DNA of 64,000 nucleotides from Eledone cirrhosa (Eukaryota): NCBI GenBank assembly GCA_964016885.1, contig OZ024748.1, positions 30,504,001 to 30,568,000 of the forward strand, read 5' to 3'. Shown piece by piece: positions 40,005 to 52,684 of this stretch (position 1 is its first letter; each line of letters starts with the position of its first letter). The notes under the pieces were generated by a model. It saw only the letters and a program-made list of their open reading frames with translations, ran no database searches and was not told where the DNA came from. The position numbers and the translations under genes were made by a program.

Positions 40005-40069
40005 TTATACTCTGCAATGTATTGAGTACCTTACTTACTGTGGTTACCTCTGATTCAACCCGGAATAAC

Positions 40070-40108
<39 letters not shown>

Positions 40109-40114
<6 letters not shown>

Positions 40115-40613
40115 ATACTTTGGGAGGGTCATGTTGCCAATAAGAAACACATTTATTATATATTTATAAATTTACAAGTTTATAAATTTATAAATTTCTG
40201 GTTGGTTGGTTGGTTCCATAACCTGATAGTTGTTTATATATAGTCATAGTCCTTTCGTCACACACTCTGTGACCTCTTCAGTGACTGGGGATTCCTTTCT
40301 TTGTTTCTGTGCCTCTCCTTTGTTCTGTCACTGAGCACACAAAACACACACAGAAACAAAATGGCGTAGGACAGAACAAAGGAGAGGCACAGAAACAAAG
40401 AAAGGAATCCCCAGTCACTGAAGAGGTCACAGAGTGTGTGACGAAAGGACTATGACTATATATAAACAACTATCTGGTTGTGGAACCAACCAACCAACCA
40501 GAAATTTATAAATTTATAAACTTGTAAATTTATAAATATATAATAAATTGAAGTGAAAGCAACTGGTGCGTGTGTTTCTTATTGGCAACATGACCCTCCC
40601 AAAGTATAACAAT
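40109..40613. mobile_element. fold-back element with two inverted minimal hammerheads (family B; 40242-40286 minus, 40413-40457 plus)
   Basis: Ends are ATTGTTATACTTTGGGAGGGTCATGTTGCCAA and its reverse complement. Plus HHR: agtca CTGAAGA ggtcac agagtgt gtgac GAAA ggac TA tgact. Related termini occur at 6048, 6812-6843 and ~38820-38860. Confidence 0.8.
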
Positions 40614-40749
40614 ATCGGTTTCAATACACGATTTCAGATAAAGAATCTTGCCAAACAAATTCAGAAACGATATATATATATATATATATAATATATAATA
40701 TAAAGAGGAAAATGCGAAGTTGAAGATGTTAGGGTCCTTTATTAATTGA

Positions 40750-40800
40750 GCCGTTATACATATTTCAATGACGATAGATATCGTGATTTCTTCAGACAGC
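40750..40800 (-). ncRNA. type I hammerhead ribozyme (family J)
   Basis: gctgt CTGAAGA aatcacgata-tc-tatcgtcatt GAAA tatgta TA acggc. Confidence 0.75.
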
Positions 40801-40999
40801 AAAAATTGATTAAAAGGTTATATTTCCGAAGCAATTTTAGGTGGAAGGGAGCGGATTGAAAAAATGTGGGCACTACCATTATTAGCTGTCAGAAGTGAAA
40901 GCAGACGAAGGTGACATCATTCGTCAACCTTCTCAATCGTAAAACATCGTTTATTTCCGTATTACCACGCGTTATTTTATTTTATTTACGGCTCTTGCC

Positions 41000-41478
41000 A
41001 TTCTGAGTTCAAATCCCGCCGAGGTTAACTTTGCCTTTCATCCTTACGGGGTCGATAAAATAAAGTACCAGTAATACACTGGGTAATTGCTGGCCTTGTG
41101 CCTAACGTAGAAACAGTTATTTTATTTATTATTTATTTTTTTTATTAAAGCACATAGATGTAAGTGGAGTTACTTAAATGAAAATATAGGTGGTCATTAA
41201 AAGGGCAAAATTAGAAAACAAATTTAAGTGCTCTTCACAGGCTTTCCGTGGCTATATGAGGCAGGGTTGGACCCGCCAGGAGATCTGCCTTTATATATAT
41301 ACATGTGTGTGTGTGTGTGTGTTCTGAGTTCAAATCCCGTCGAGGTTAGCATTGCCTTTCATCCTTACGGGATCGATAAAGGAAAGTACCATTAATACAC
41401 TGAGGTCGATATAATCGACCCCCCCCCCCCCAAAAAAAAATATATATATATTTGCCTTGAACCTAAGTCAGAAACCAT
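41000..41478 (+). mobile_element. two partial tRNA-SINE copies (~41000-41118, ~41322-41478)
   Basis: GAGTTCAAATCCCG...GCCTTTCATCCTTACGGG.TCGATAAA core. Confidence 0.75.
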
Positions 41479-42269
41479 TATTATTTATAATTTATGTATT
41501 TGTAATGGAATACTATGTGTGGTTGTAACGACAAGTGGATGGATGGATGTAACTGTTGGTATGGTGGTTTCAGGAGTGTTGTTACAAAGTTTATTTCATT
41601 ACAACAATATTCAATTTGAATATTGAATGATAAAATAATTGACACAAAATATTCATACAATAATTTGGTGGCTCTTCGAGCCACGTAAATTCAAATATCA
41701 CAGAATACGATTATAATATGTGTAAACAGAAATGAATGGTGCGTGTACAAATGTTGGACTCACGATGAATTGCGTGTGTGCGGCGTATCAGTATATTTAC
41801 TTATTTGTATTGCAGAAGTCAGCGATCAGCCAGGAAAGTGAGAATAAGTGGTAAGTGGTAGACTGGTTTTCGTGACGAGAGCCTGTAAATGAGACTCGTC
41901 TTGTCTGTATCCACTGTTTTTCTGTTTTTGGCGTAAACAATCCCTCTATTTATAAGAGTTAAAGTTAGAAGGATAGATATATCCTCTGAACTTTGGTTAG
42001 TCTCCCAAGGGATTAGTTTGCCAAGCGTAAACAAGTCAGAAAGATGGATATGCCCTCTAACCTATTTTCTGTCAGGCGTAAACACCTCTGACCTGTGTTT
42101 AGCCTCTCCCAAGGGGTTAGTCTCCTGAGCGTAAACAAATTACCACGGCTTGTCCCAGAGGCGGGAAAGCTCAGATTCAGTTTCGAATCTTCGCCGCCGT
42201 TATATATTTATTTTGCTTGGGCATTTTGTTACTTGATTGAAGTGCCAGAAGGGACCAAAAATATATGTA

Positions 42270-43165
42270 AGCCTAGGGACTCTCGTGCCATGGGTTAATA
42301 CCATCCAGAGCCAGTGTAGTCGTCGAGTTGATTACCGTGACATTTGCGTTATTTGCAGGAACTGGGCCAACAAGTGGAAGGTGAACCGCTTTTTCAGAGC
42401 GGCATACAGGCCGAGCGAAAATGGGATCGTAGAGAGACACCATCGCATGATCAAAGCCATGGCAGAAAGGGGACACATTTCGCCAATGGAGGCAGTGTGT
42501 TGGTACAACATGTCTCCGTGGCTGAGACAGGCCGAGGAGTCGGTGCCGCACAGGGCAATATATAGATACGAATGGCGAAACCCGTGCACGGTACCACAGC
42601 AGCCGGTGGAAAGAGAGAGAGAGCGCATTCGTACGAGTGGGCGAAGAGGTATGGGTCAAGCCCCCGAACGCGCGTTGCACATCTCAATGCGGAAAGGGAA
42701 TGGTAACCGCCGTAAATTCCCCAAACAATGTGTCTGTGGACGGAATGCCACGTCACGTCTTGGACATCCGTAGAGTCGTTGTGGTGACGGACTCCGAGGA
42801 AGAGGGAAATGAAAGTACCGCCCCGACAGTGCGGAGATCGCAACGGAGCCGCCGCCAACCTAGGTGGATAGCGGATTTTGAGATGGAGCAGTGTGATGGG
42901 GGAGGGGGATCCTTGAGATCAGGGGGGCTGCCGTGGGAGGGGGATTGCCGGAAGTTGGGGGACGCCTCGAGAGATCAGGCCATGAAACAGCTCTTTCTTA
43001 GCGATATGCCCTGCAAGGTAATGAACGTGTGGAGACCGACGCGAGTGGAAAGTACCCCACGTGGACGGGTAAACCAGCGACAGAGAGACGTAAGGTAAGT
43101 CCAAATGTCTCCGGTTTAGGCAAGATGGAGCCGGCTTATTGTAAAAGACAATCCATTTATAACGA
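42270..43165 (+). mobile_element. degenerate Gypsy integrase 3' fragment with PPT and probable LTR from ~42928
   Basis: AYRPSENGIVERHHRMIK, VGEEVWVKPP and RRSQRSRRQPRW motifs. AGGGGGGC is followed by TG. Confidence 0.75.
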
Positions 43166-43453
43166 TTTCAGACAAGTATACATTGGACTACATTATCGAA
43201 CGTGTCGTTTCTTTTCTTAGAGAATGTGGTATGTATGTGTGTTCTAAAGGCGAACTGGCTTCTATTTCTAGCAAGCTTTGTAACCACGTAGAGGTTTCCT
43301 CTCGTTATCACGTGCAACTTTTTTTGTAAACAAACGAGGTGGATTTCGTCGTAAGTTGAAATATTTTCTTGCTTTCGTTCTTAATCCTTTATCGTGATAT
43401 ATACATTCGTATTTACTTTTGTATATCTATATATATATATATTTGTGTGTGTG

Positions 43454-43520
<67 letters not shown>

Positions 43521-43589
43521 ATATATTAAAATAACAGATTAAAGTTTATATTATATATATATATAATTATTAATATTATTATTATTATA

Positions 43590-46110
43590 GAAAGTGAAGC
43601 CACACTTCGTATCGGCTCCAAGTTTTTTCAACGGTGTACATTTATTTTGACCGCTTCTAACCCTTTATTCGAGTTTTAAACTTGATAAGAGTTTAGAGCA
43701 AGTGACCCTCTTAACACAGGGGTTTCACTCGTAAATAATACGACACGCCGTTATGGGGTGTCGTATTTTTGTAAAATTTGTTTCAATCATTATTTCAAAC
43801 ATTTCAATCATTATGTTAAACATGGACACCACAGGAAGACGTTGTCAACAGTGCAACAAGACAGCGTTCTAGCGAAGGTGAATAGAAAAGAAAATAATTT
43901 GAAAGAAAAGAGAAACAATATCGTTATGAATGATATTAATTCAGATTTAAAACAACCAAGTGGTACTGACACAAATAACACCATCAATAACAACAGCAAC
44001 AACGAAAATAACAGCAATAAGGTCGAGAAAGACAATAACAATGACAATAACAACAGTCACAACGACAATAACAACAACAACAGTATCAACGAAAACATCA
44101 ATAACTGTAACAACGACCCCAGCGGGAACAACAACAACACACAATCCACACTAAACAATAGCATCCAGAAAATTTCTGAGAATGAAATAGGAAAAGCAAG
44201 GAGTTTTGTTGAAAGCTATGGCCATATCGTCCGTCTCAAGACTCCTGTGGAAACGATCAAAAATACCGTACGTCGAACTGTGGCATACCGTATTATTGGA
44301 TTAAAAAGTTAAAAAAATTGAAAGAGCCAGAGAAACTCAAATTCAAAAGGCTTTGGGGCCCAGTCTAAACCCCAAAAATTTATATTCAACGAGGCAGAGG
44401 TTTTGGCACAGTGGCGGTGAGATTTAACACTCCCTCAAGCCCCTACAAAGTGAGGAAATTCTGCTAATCCCATTCTACTGTGGAATGAGATTAGTAAGAA
44501 TTAAAATAAACCAAATACCACCAGAAATAGACATTTCTTGGCTATTAACTGCCGTGACTGTTTACATTAAGGAGAACACAAAAATCCTTGATGTTTACCA
44601 AATAAGGAAGGACAATTGGTCGGAGATGGCGATGGAAATATTACTACAAACCATACAAAAAAATGTAGTTGCCATCCCTGAACAACTACTCCTTTCAGGC
44701 GGTATAATATTACCTACAATCATTATGTTAAACATGGACACCACAAAACACCTGAGAGTAATCTGCCCTTCCCTAAAAACAAACATAAAGAAACCTCCGC
44801 TCCTACCAACACCAAAAAACCACCGCAACAACTACTACTAGAAGATAAATACCAAATAAAACAACTGCAACACCAGCACCGCCAAGTCCAACACAGAAAA
44901 AGATGTCATCAACAACATCAACAACACCAACACCCATTAAAGACATACCACTCCCCGATGATACACATGACGACAAATGGCAAAAGTGTGTTCTCCCAAA
45001 AATAAAAAAAATAAAAATAAAAATTCCCCGTCTTCGCCCTAAAAAAAAAAAGGCGAAAGAGCCAAACAATTCCTAAAAACTGTAAGGCAAAAAACACCCC
45101 CCCAAAACAACATCCCCATCACTACTTCCACCACAAACACCCACACAGCCAACACCACAACACAAACAACATTTCAAGCAAAACCCAACCCACACCCGCA
45201 AGAACAAAAAGATACAAACATCATACTCTTCACAGCAATTGACTCAAACAATACAAAACTTTTAAATTACTTACAACACAACACCACAATCACACAAAAC
45301 AATTTTACAAAGCCAGAAAAACTAGCATTACCCCAAAACATACAAATAATAAAAATAACCCAGAAAACATAAACACATTTAAAAACAAAATTCCCAGATT
45401 CGATTGGAGAATTCAGGGGAACAATCTCAAAACGAATCTACACAGATATTTCGGCTTTTCAGCCCCCCCCCCCCCCCCCCCACATAGATGGAACTACTGT
45501 CCTTCTTCTCCAAAATCTAAGCTAAGTGGCCTTTCCCACTTTCTCCTCCTCTAAATCAATCATGGCTTCACTCAAAATAGGCAGTGTGAATACACAGGGC
45601 TTGGGGTTATCCTGGAAACGAGCGCCTGCTCAATGACCTCAGGTCACTGAACATAGATGTGGTGGTCATTAGCGATACCAGAGTTTCCGACACATGAACC
45701 TTCGTACCCAGTTTCAGTGGCTACGAGATATATGTATTTCCAAGTTGTCCAAGATCTGGAGGCTGAGTTGCTGTGTTATTCCGGAAAGGCATGGATCTAA
45801 CAATACAGACCATCTTCCTGGACCCGGAGGGTAAATTGGTGGTGCTGGACGTGACCAGTGGAGAAGGGCACGCCTTCAGGTTAGTGGCTGTTTATGTTCT
45901 GACAGGAGCAGGATGAACTGATTTCTTCCAGTGACTGGAAACATTTCTGGGAACGTCTTGCTCTTTAGACTTAGTGGGCGACTGGAATGGTATCTTCGAT
46001 GCACGCTGGGATTGTGTGGGACTAATGGATAGGGGAGGAGGATATAAAAGCCTCACAAATCTGCTCAGACGCTTCCAACTGTCTGACAGATACCGTATTT
46101 TCTGAATGCG
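43590..46110 (+). mobile_element. degenerate L1/Tx1-like LINE: decayed ORF1 and start of ORF2 APE endonuclease (~45562)
   Basis: MASLKIGSVNTQGL..LNDLRSLNIDVVVISDTR, DPEGKLVVLDV..FRLVAVY, GDWN. The upstream region is an Asn/Thr-rich broken ORF1-like sequence. Confidence 0.65.
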
Positions 46111-46210
46111 CCAACTCTATGAGTTTATATATATATATATAATTGGTGTTCGATGCTTAAAGTGTCCGTATGCCATATGAGCACTCGATGCTCTCATAGA
46201 GCAGAGTATG

Positions 46211-46436
46211 ATATCACAGAAAAAAAAGAGATTCAGTGGTGCGACGAATGGAACTTATTGGACATATTACAATCGTTTCTCTGACGAACAGCTCGTATCT
46301 GAGGACCTTGCGATTTTCAGAGTCAGGTTCGATCATCACATCGATCGTGCCTCGAGCTGGTCGCCAGAGAAACAATTGTAATATGTCCAATAAATTCCAT
46401 TTGTCGCAACACTGATTCTCTTTTTTTCTGTGATAT
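46211..46436. mobile_element. fold-back element containing a hammerhead (family K, 46294-46385 plus)
   Basis: ~85-bp inverted arms; cgtat CTGAGGA ccttgcga...tcgccaga GAAAC aatt GTA atatg. Confidence 0.6.
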
Positions 46437-47349
46437 ATATATATATATATATACACATGCAGTGCTTATCAAGTCCTCTCTGAATTTTGGTTTTTGTGTT
46501 ATTACTACTATATATATATATGTGTATGTGTATCTATAGAGAGGGGAGGTGGAATATCAACATTTATATATCACCTTTCCTATGATTTCAATGTACTCAT
46601 TTATTCCTATGTAACAAATAACAATGAATTAGAAATTGTTATTTTTTGTTACCTTCCCTTTGTTATATTTTAGTCATTAATCTGCCTTTTGACATTCACA
46701 GAATTTTATTGTTGTTATTGTTATTATCTAACCCCAGGTCAGCGACGCCCTTTGTAAACTGGGAAAATTTTTCTGAAAAAATTAAAGGTAAATAAGTTTG
46801 TTTTTGTTATTGTTTTTTTGTTTTTTTTTAGCCGGCTGTTGTCAGATATTCTGAGATCTTCCCCTGGCTGTCAGGAGATCAGACTGATAGCTGATCACTC
46901 CTCTGATCGGCTTTCTTGAGAAAATCTATTCCAACTTTGACTGTGTGTTTTATTTTTTTATATATCAGTGACTACATTCTCCAGTGCACTCTTTATTTAA
47001 AGCGTGATATGAGTGTGAATCGATTGCGTTTTCTAGCAAATTTTGATTGGATAGAAGCTCCATCATTAGCCTGACATCTACCCATATATACAAAAAGTGG
47101 TGGTGTAGAGAATATTTCACCATTTTCTTTATTATCAATGTTTCTAGTTCATCAACATTATTATTAAACAAACGTTTTGTTTAATGATTAGTCGAAATAC
47201 ACATACATTCAAAATTTTATATATATATTATAATTGTATTAACTTTATGGTTATGATAATATTAACTGGAGTAGTTAAACTCATTGGCATTACGAAATCA
47301 TTTCCAATTTTATGTTTAGCCTACAAAAATAAAGCAGAGCATTTGGCTC

Positions 47350-48530
47350 TTTGAATATTTCTTTCTTGTCTTCTGCGCTCTGTGTACAGAGCCAGCAGGC
47401 CTCGACTGCAGGGACGGCAAGCACCCCAATGGAATTACCCTCTTCCCATTCGAAGAAGGTAGATCCCTCATCTGATACTCCACATGCGACACATTCTCCG
47501 CTTCCAGTTCAGTTGCTTCGGCCACAGACCCCGGTACTGCAGTCCTCAATGCAGAGGAAAGGAAGACAAACAAATACCTGGGATTGCTCTTTGCATCAGT
47601 TGCTGTTGAGACCTCACCTGCACTGCCGAGCTCCTCCACAAGATCAGAACATCGGCAGCCTGTCTGAGGAAGGAGCCTCGCGAGGTGGTGTCACTGGCCA
47701 TTGTCCGTGGAAACACTTTTGTAGTTTGTCCGCGGACATACTTTTGTAGTTTGTCCGCGGGCCACAGCCCCATCATTGCCACGCCCTAGGCTCAGAGCCA
47801 ATCACCCTCCTCCTTTCCCCTCCTATTCTTCTGTGACCCTTGAGCATTTGCCTTTCCCTTCATTTTCCATTTTTAAATATTAATAAAATTTGTAGATGAT
47901 TAACTAATAGAAGATGGGGGGAGGGAGATAATCAGTTAGATATTGTATCTAAGTGGCAGCTGAGGAGATATGCAACATCAGGTTTTACGACCTTGGATGG
48001 CTACAGGCCACCTTACCTGTTAGAAATGGTGGCACTGGTCTCCGGTCTCGCTGGCTTTGCTGGTAATCCCTTTGTCGGTAATCCCTTGCTGAGTTCTCAT
48101 CAACATGGTTCTCCAAAACACAATGGAACCCACTGTGATCGAGGAACATGAGGCTGCCTGGGAGACTTGGAATTGGCCAGTAGACGTCCCTTCTCTTTTT
48201 TTTTCCTTGTAGATACCAAATTCCCCCAGAGCATATGGGATGCCATCCAATGCAACAAGGCCTCGAACAGACTAGCATGCCAGCTCGACCAGCACCACCT
48301 CATATGTTTTCACTTGGCCTTGCAACTCCATAGCGGTGTCTGGCTCAATGCCTTACCTTTTTTTTCAACTGACACGCAGCTGGATAATGATAACCTGTAC
48401 ATCGGTGTTTCCCTGACGCCCGGCCTCCAGATCTGCAAGCCACACAAATGTCTCTGTGGGTCCACCATAGATACTTTTGGCCACCACCCGCTTTCCTGTC
48501 GCTACAGTGCCAGCCGCCTTCCATACAGAG
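47350..48530 (+). mobile_element. fragments of a CRE-like non-LTR retrotransposon (restriction-like endonuclease and CCHC regions)
   Basis: EPAGLDCRDGKHPNGITLFPF..G..L...AEERK..KY..VET at ~47390-47610 and HSGVWLNALP..CLCG..D.FGHHPLSC at ~48330-48500. Confidence 0.65.
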
Positions 48531-48787
48531 TGTACTAGGGACATTTTATCATGGCACCAACATTACTGATGTTGCTTGTCCTCTAGAAAGGCTAAATGTA
48601 TGCATGTATTTATGTATGTGTGTGTGCATACATACACACACACTGATATTGTGTTGTTTTTTTGTATTTTGTTTTACTTTTTATTTTTTTATTTTTTTTA
48701 GTTGCAATATAAGAAGACATCCTGATCAAGAAGGAAGTTTTATATTTGCAGACATTGTTTCATCGAGAAGACAGTTGTTTGGTTAAC

Positions 48788-48953
48788 ATGAAGAACATAT
48801 TATTTACTGCAGTTGTTAATGTACTGGTTGTGTTAGGAGGTGGGATTTCCTACAAATGTAACCCTAAGATGAATTGCTCTCATTGTCCTCAAATTGATCA
48901 TTGTGGGAAAAAAATAAAATGTGGTTGCTGTAATATTTGTATACCCACTTTGA
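48788..48953 (+). CDS. secreted IGFBP-N-like/thyroglobulin type-1 protein, coding exon 1 (signal peptide + Cys-rich N-terminus)
   Basis: MKNILFTAVVNVLVVLGGGISYKCNPKMNCSHCPQIDHCGKKIKCGCCNICIPTL. Donor A|GTAAGT (phase 1); a strong upstream acceptor at 48701 implies a 5' UTR exon elsewhere. Confidence 0.88.
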
Positions 48954-49129
48954 GTAAGTATTACATAATAAAGTGCATCATATATGTGTGTATATATGAT
49001 GCAATTTAATCTGTTTGTGTGTGTCTACACAGACACTCAATATATAGAGACATACACACAGATACACAGACCGATCTATTATGTATATGTGTGCACTCAT
49101 ATGTACATATGTATGTGTGTATCATCATC

Positions 49130-49160
<31 letters not shown>

Positions 49161-49189
49161 CATACACACATTTGAGGTATCAAATGTGT

Positions 49190-49770
49190 TCTGGAGAGGA
49201 ATTTGCGTTGGTATGGCCATGTGATGCGTATGAAGGACAACAGCTGTATAAAAAAGTGCAGAGCAATGAAAATTGATAGAAGCTATGAAGTGGGTAGAGC
49301 AAGAAAAACCTGGGACGAGGTGATAAAAACTGACCTTGCTCACTTAAATCTCTCTAAGACAATGTCACTGGATCGAGATCTTTGGCGCCATGCAGTTGTA
49401 CAGAAGACCCGCCTTCCCTTGCATACAAACTTAAACCTACAGTCAGTAGGCACCTCTTAAACCAATATACACCCCACCCCACACACCCTGTCCCATCCTC
49501 CCATTTCCGTCCACTGTGTTGGTGACACAACAAAAAGCACCCAGTCCACACTGAAGAGTGGTTGTGTAGGAGACACAGTAAAAAGGCTCCCAGTCCACAC
49601 TGTACAAGTGGTTGGTGTTAGGAAGGGCGTCCAGCCATAGAAAACCTGCCAGAGACACTTCCGTATGAGCGAGACACGGTCTCCCGACCAATGTCGCATC
49701 AAATGGAACAAAACCGACCAATCCATGCTAGCGTGGAAGATGGACATTAAACGATGATGATGATGATGAT
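49190..49770 (+). mobile_element. RTE LINE 3' end with (GAT)n tail, intronic
   Basis: LRWYGHVMR...GRARKTW, followed by the shared 3' module ending GGACATTAAACGATGATGAT. Confidence 0.7.
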
Positions 49771-50257
49771 ATATATATACCATCATCATCATCACCATTT
49801 AACGTCTTATTTTTCATGTTTGCATGGGTTAGACAGGTCGTCCACATAAGGAGACAAATCTGGCCAGTTGGCTGCGCTGTACCTTGCTCATAACATGACT
49901 GCATTTTGGCTGGGTTTTTACGGCTGTTGGAAGTCCTTCCTGACTCCAACCACATTTATAGTGTGGAACTGGGTGTTACTTTTATAGGACAGGTCAGGCC
50001 CGTTGACCACACCATATCTTGCTCAAAGCGGGGTTGTGTTTTGAAAAATATATGCAGTATGTGTCCTAGTTTTTAGAATAGGGGCAATGTATGCCTGTAT
50101 GTTATAAAAAGTGACTAAAAGGGTTGGTGTAAGGAAGGGCATCTGGATGTTGAACATTGCCTCAAAATGTCCTGTTTTACGATGATAATGATGATGATGC
50201 ACTCCAAACAGTTCTGGAATTTATATTTCAGATAAAACTAAGTATATCTAATATATA

Positions 50258-50432
50258 ATTGTTCCTAATTTTGGCACAAGGCCAGCAATTATCCCAGTGT
50301 ATCACTGGTACTTTATTTTATCGACCCCGTAAGGATGAAAGGCAAAGTTAACCTCAGCGGGATTTGAACTCAGATCGTAAAGGGACGTAACTACGCTGGA
50401 AAGCATGTCTGACCCTCTACCAATACTGCCAA
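50258..50432 (-). mobile_element. tRNA-SINE
   Basis: Reverse complement of the SINE core. Confidence 0.75.
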
Positions 50433-50734
50433 TTCAATGATTGGAGGTCTGCAGGACTGTTTCTGGGATATTTTTTCTGAACACGTTATTAAAATAAGAA
50501 GGATTACTTTGAATAAATCATAAATGATATGTAATTTATCTACTAAATTTCGTAGCTCTTGATTAAACATAAATTCTTATATATAAGTAATGTATAGCTT
50601 ATACATAAGCTTCACTTCTTTCCGGTTAGCATCCATTATATCATAACACATATAGCCATACGCTATATCACATCGTTTACATAAACGTTAATATATTTGC
50701 ATCATAATGTTTATATTTCCATCGCTAATTTTCT

Positions 50735-51852
50735 CCTTTGGAAAGTCAAAGACTAAAGTTCTATGTAGAAAGGAAAACAGGGTCTAGATCCCCTCTGGGG
50801 ATGGCCTTGCTCAGTGTGCAGGAAAGGAGTAGGTAGAAATTCCATTCTATGTCCCAAATGCAAGCTATGGGTAGTATAGTGGGATCACAGGCAGGCTATC
50901 AAAGAACGTAGGTGCAGTAAGTAGCAAGTGGCCACAGGATACTTGCTCCTTCAAATACCCAGACGGTACTATAGAAATAGTCAACTCTTTCCGTTACATG
51001 GGTGATGAAATCAGCAGTGGAGGGGTGGGTGGGGGTGTTCTGAAAGTACAGTAGCCAGAGTAAGAACAGGTTAGAGAAAGTTCAGCTAATACCACTACTA
51101 ACTATAAAAGGTTTTTTCCCTTAAAATGAAGGACAGATTGTATGATGCATGTATACAAAATGCAATGTTACATGGTAGCGAGACCAGAGCACTGTGTGCA
51201 AAGGGCCTGCAAAGACTGGAAAGAAATGAAGCATACATGCTCTGATGGATGTGTAATAGTAATATACATGAACGGCAAAGCGTAAATGAACTAAGAGAGA
51301 AATTATGTATAAGAGGGATCAGATACAATGTGCAGGAGAGAAGATTATGTTGGTAAGGGCATGTGATGTGTATAAATGATGACAGCTGTATAAAACAGTG
51401 CAGGGTGATCAAAATTGATGGAAGCTACGGAGTAGGAAGACCTGGGATGAGGTGATAAAAACTGACCTTGCGCAACTGAACCTCTCAAAGACAGGATCGA
51501 GATCTTTGGCATTACACAGTAATACAGATGACACGCTTTCCCATGCGCACAGACTCAAATATACATCTAGTAGGTACCCTTTAACAACTATCCCCCACCC
51601 CACCTACTCCTGTCCACGGAACCCTTACACTGTACAAAATATATCCAGCCCACACTGTAATGTGGTCGTGTAGGAGTCCGACAAAAATCACCCAGCACAC
51701 ACTATAAATGTGGTTGGCGTTAGGAATTGCATCCAGCTGTAGAAATCCAGCCAGAAACAGTTCTATATTAATAAGACCCAACTTGCCTCAAATGGGACAA
51801 CCCATCTAACCCATGCTAGCGTGGAAAATGGACATTAAATGATGATGATGAT
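50735..51852 (+). mobile_element. degenerate RTE LINE 3' fragment with (GAT)n tail
   Basis: CSVCRKGVGRNSI, MLHGSET and W*GHV motifs, with stops. Confidence 0.7.
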
Positions 51853-51864
51853 CATATATATATA

Positions 51865-51933
<69 letters not shown>

Positions 51934-52084
51934 GTGTGTGTGTATTTAAGCTGTAAACATAATCAATATGGTGTGTTAACTGGCTTACCAATGTATACAA
52001 TGAGTATTTGCCTTAGGTGTCAGGAAGACACTCAGCAAAAAACAGGAAGTGAAGGAAGAGGAAATACAAACAATCATAACAATG

Positions 52085-52500
52085 TATAGGCACAAGGCCA
52101 GCAATTTTGGGGGGAGGAGAAAGTCGATTAAATCGATCCCAATGCATTACTGGTGTTCTATTTTATCGACCCCCCCTCCCTCCCCGTAAGGATAAATGAC
52201 AAAGTTAGCTTTGGCGGGATTTGAACTCAGAACATAAAAGGCCATAACTCTATGCTGCAAAGCATGGTGTCTGACACCCTACCAATCCTGCCAAACCTAA
52301 TCATAATAATTGTTTCTACTTTTGGCACAAGGCCAGCAATTACCCAGTACATTACTGGTACTTTATTTTATCGACCCCGTAAGGATGAAAGGCAAAGTAG
52401 ACCTCGGCGGGATTTGAACTCAGAATGGAAAGGGCCGTAACTCTATGCGTCAAAGCATGACGTCCGACCCTCTACCGATACTGCCAATCCACCGCCCTTA
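52085..52500 (-). mobile_element. two tandem tRNA-SINE copies
   Basis: SINE core on the minus strand at ~52085-52290 and ~52308-52500. Confidence 0.75.
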
Positions 52501-52579
52501 TCCAAACCTAATCATAATAATAACAATAATAAAACATTGATGAAATGGTTTTCTTTCTTTATTTGAACGTTTATTTCAG

Positions 52580-52684
52580 AGGAAGATGAACCCTGTATTT
52601 CTATAATCCAAATGATCTCCCAATCCCCAGCAAAATGTGCCCCAGGACTTCTATGCAATCCACACACCAAGACATGTTCAAGGG
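52580..52684 (+). CDS. same gene, coding exon 2 (completes the IGFBP-N-like domain)
   Basis: tttatttcAG, 105 nt, G|GTGAGT; encodes KEDEPCISIIQMISQSPAKCAPGLLCNPHTKTCSR. Confidence 0.88.

Noticed and set aside
43758-44312. Asn-rich 184-aa ORF as a host gene
   Set aside because: It lies upstream of an L1/Tx1-type endonuclease and is best explained as decayed ORF1 with an (AAC)n tract.
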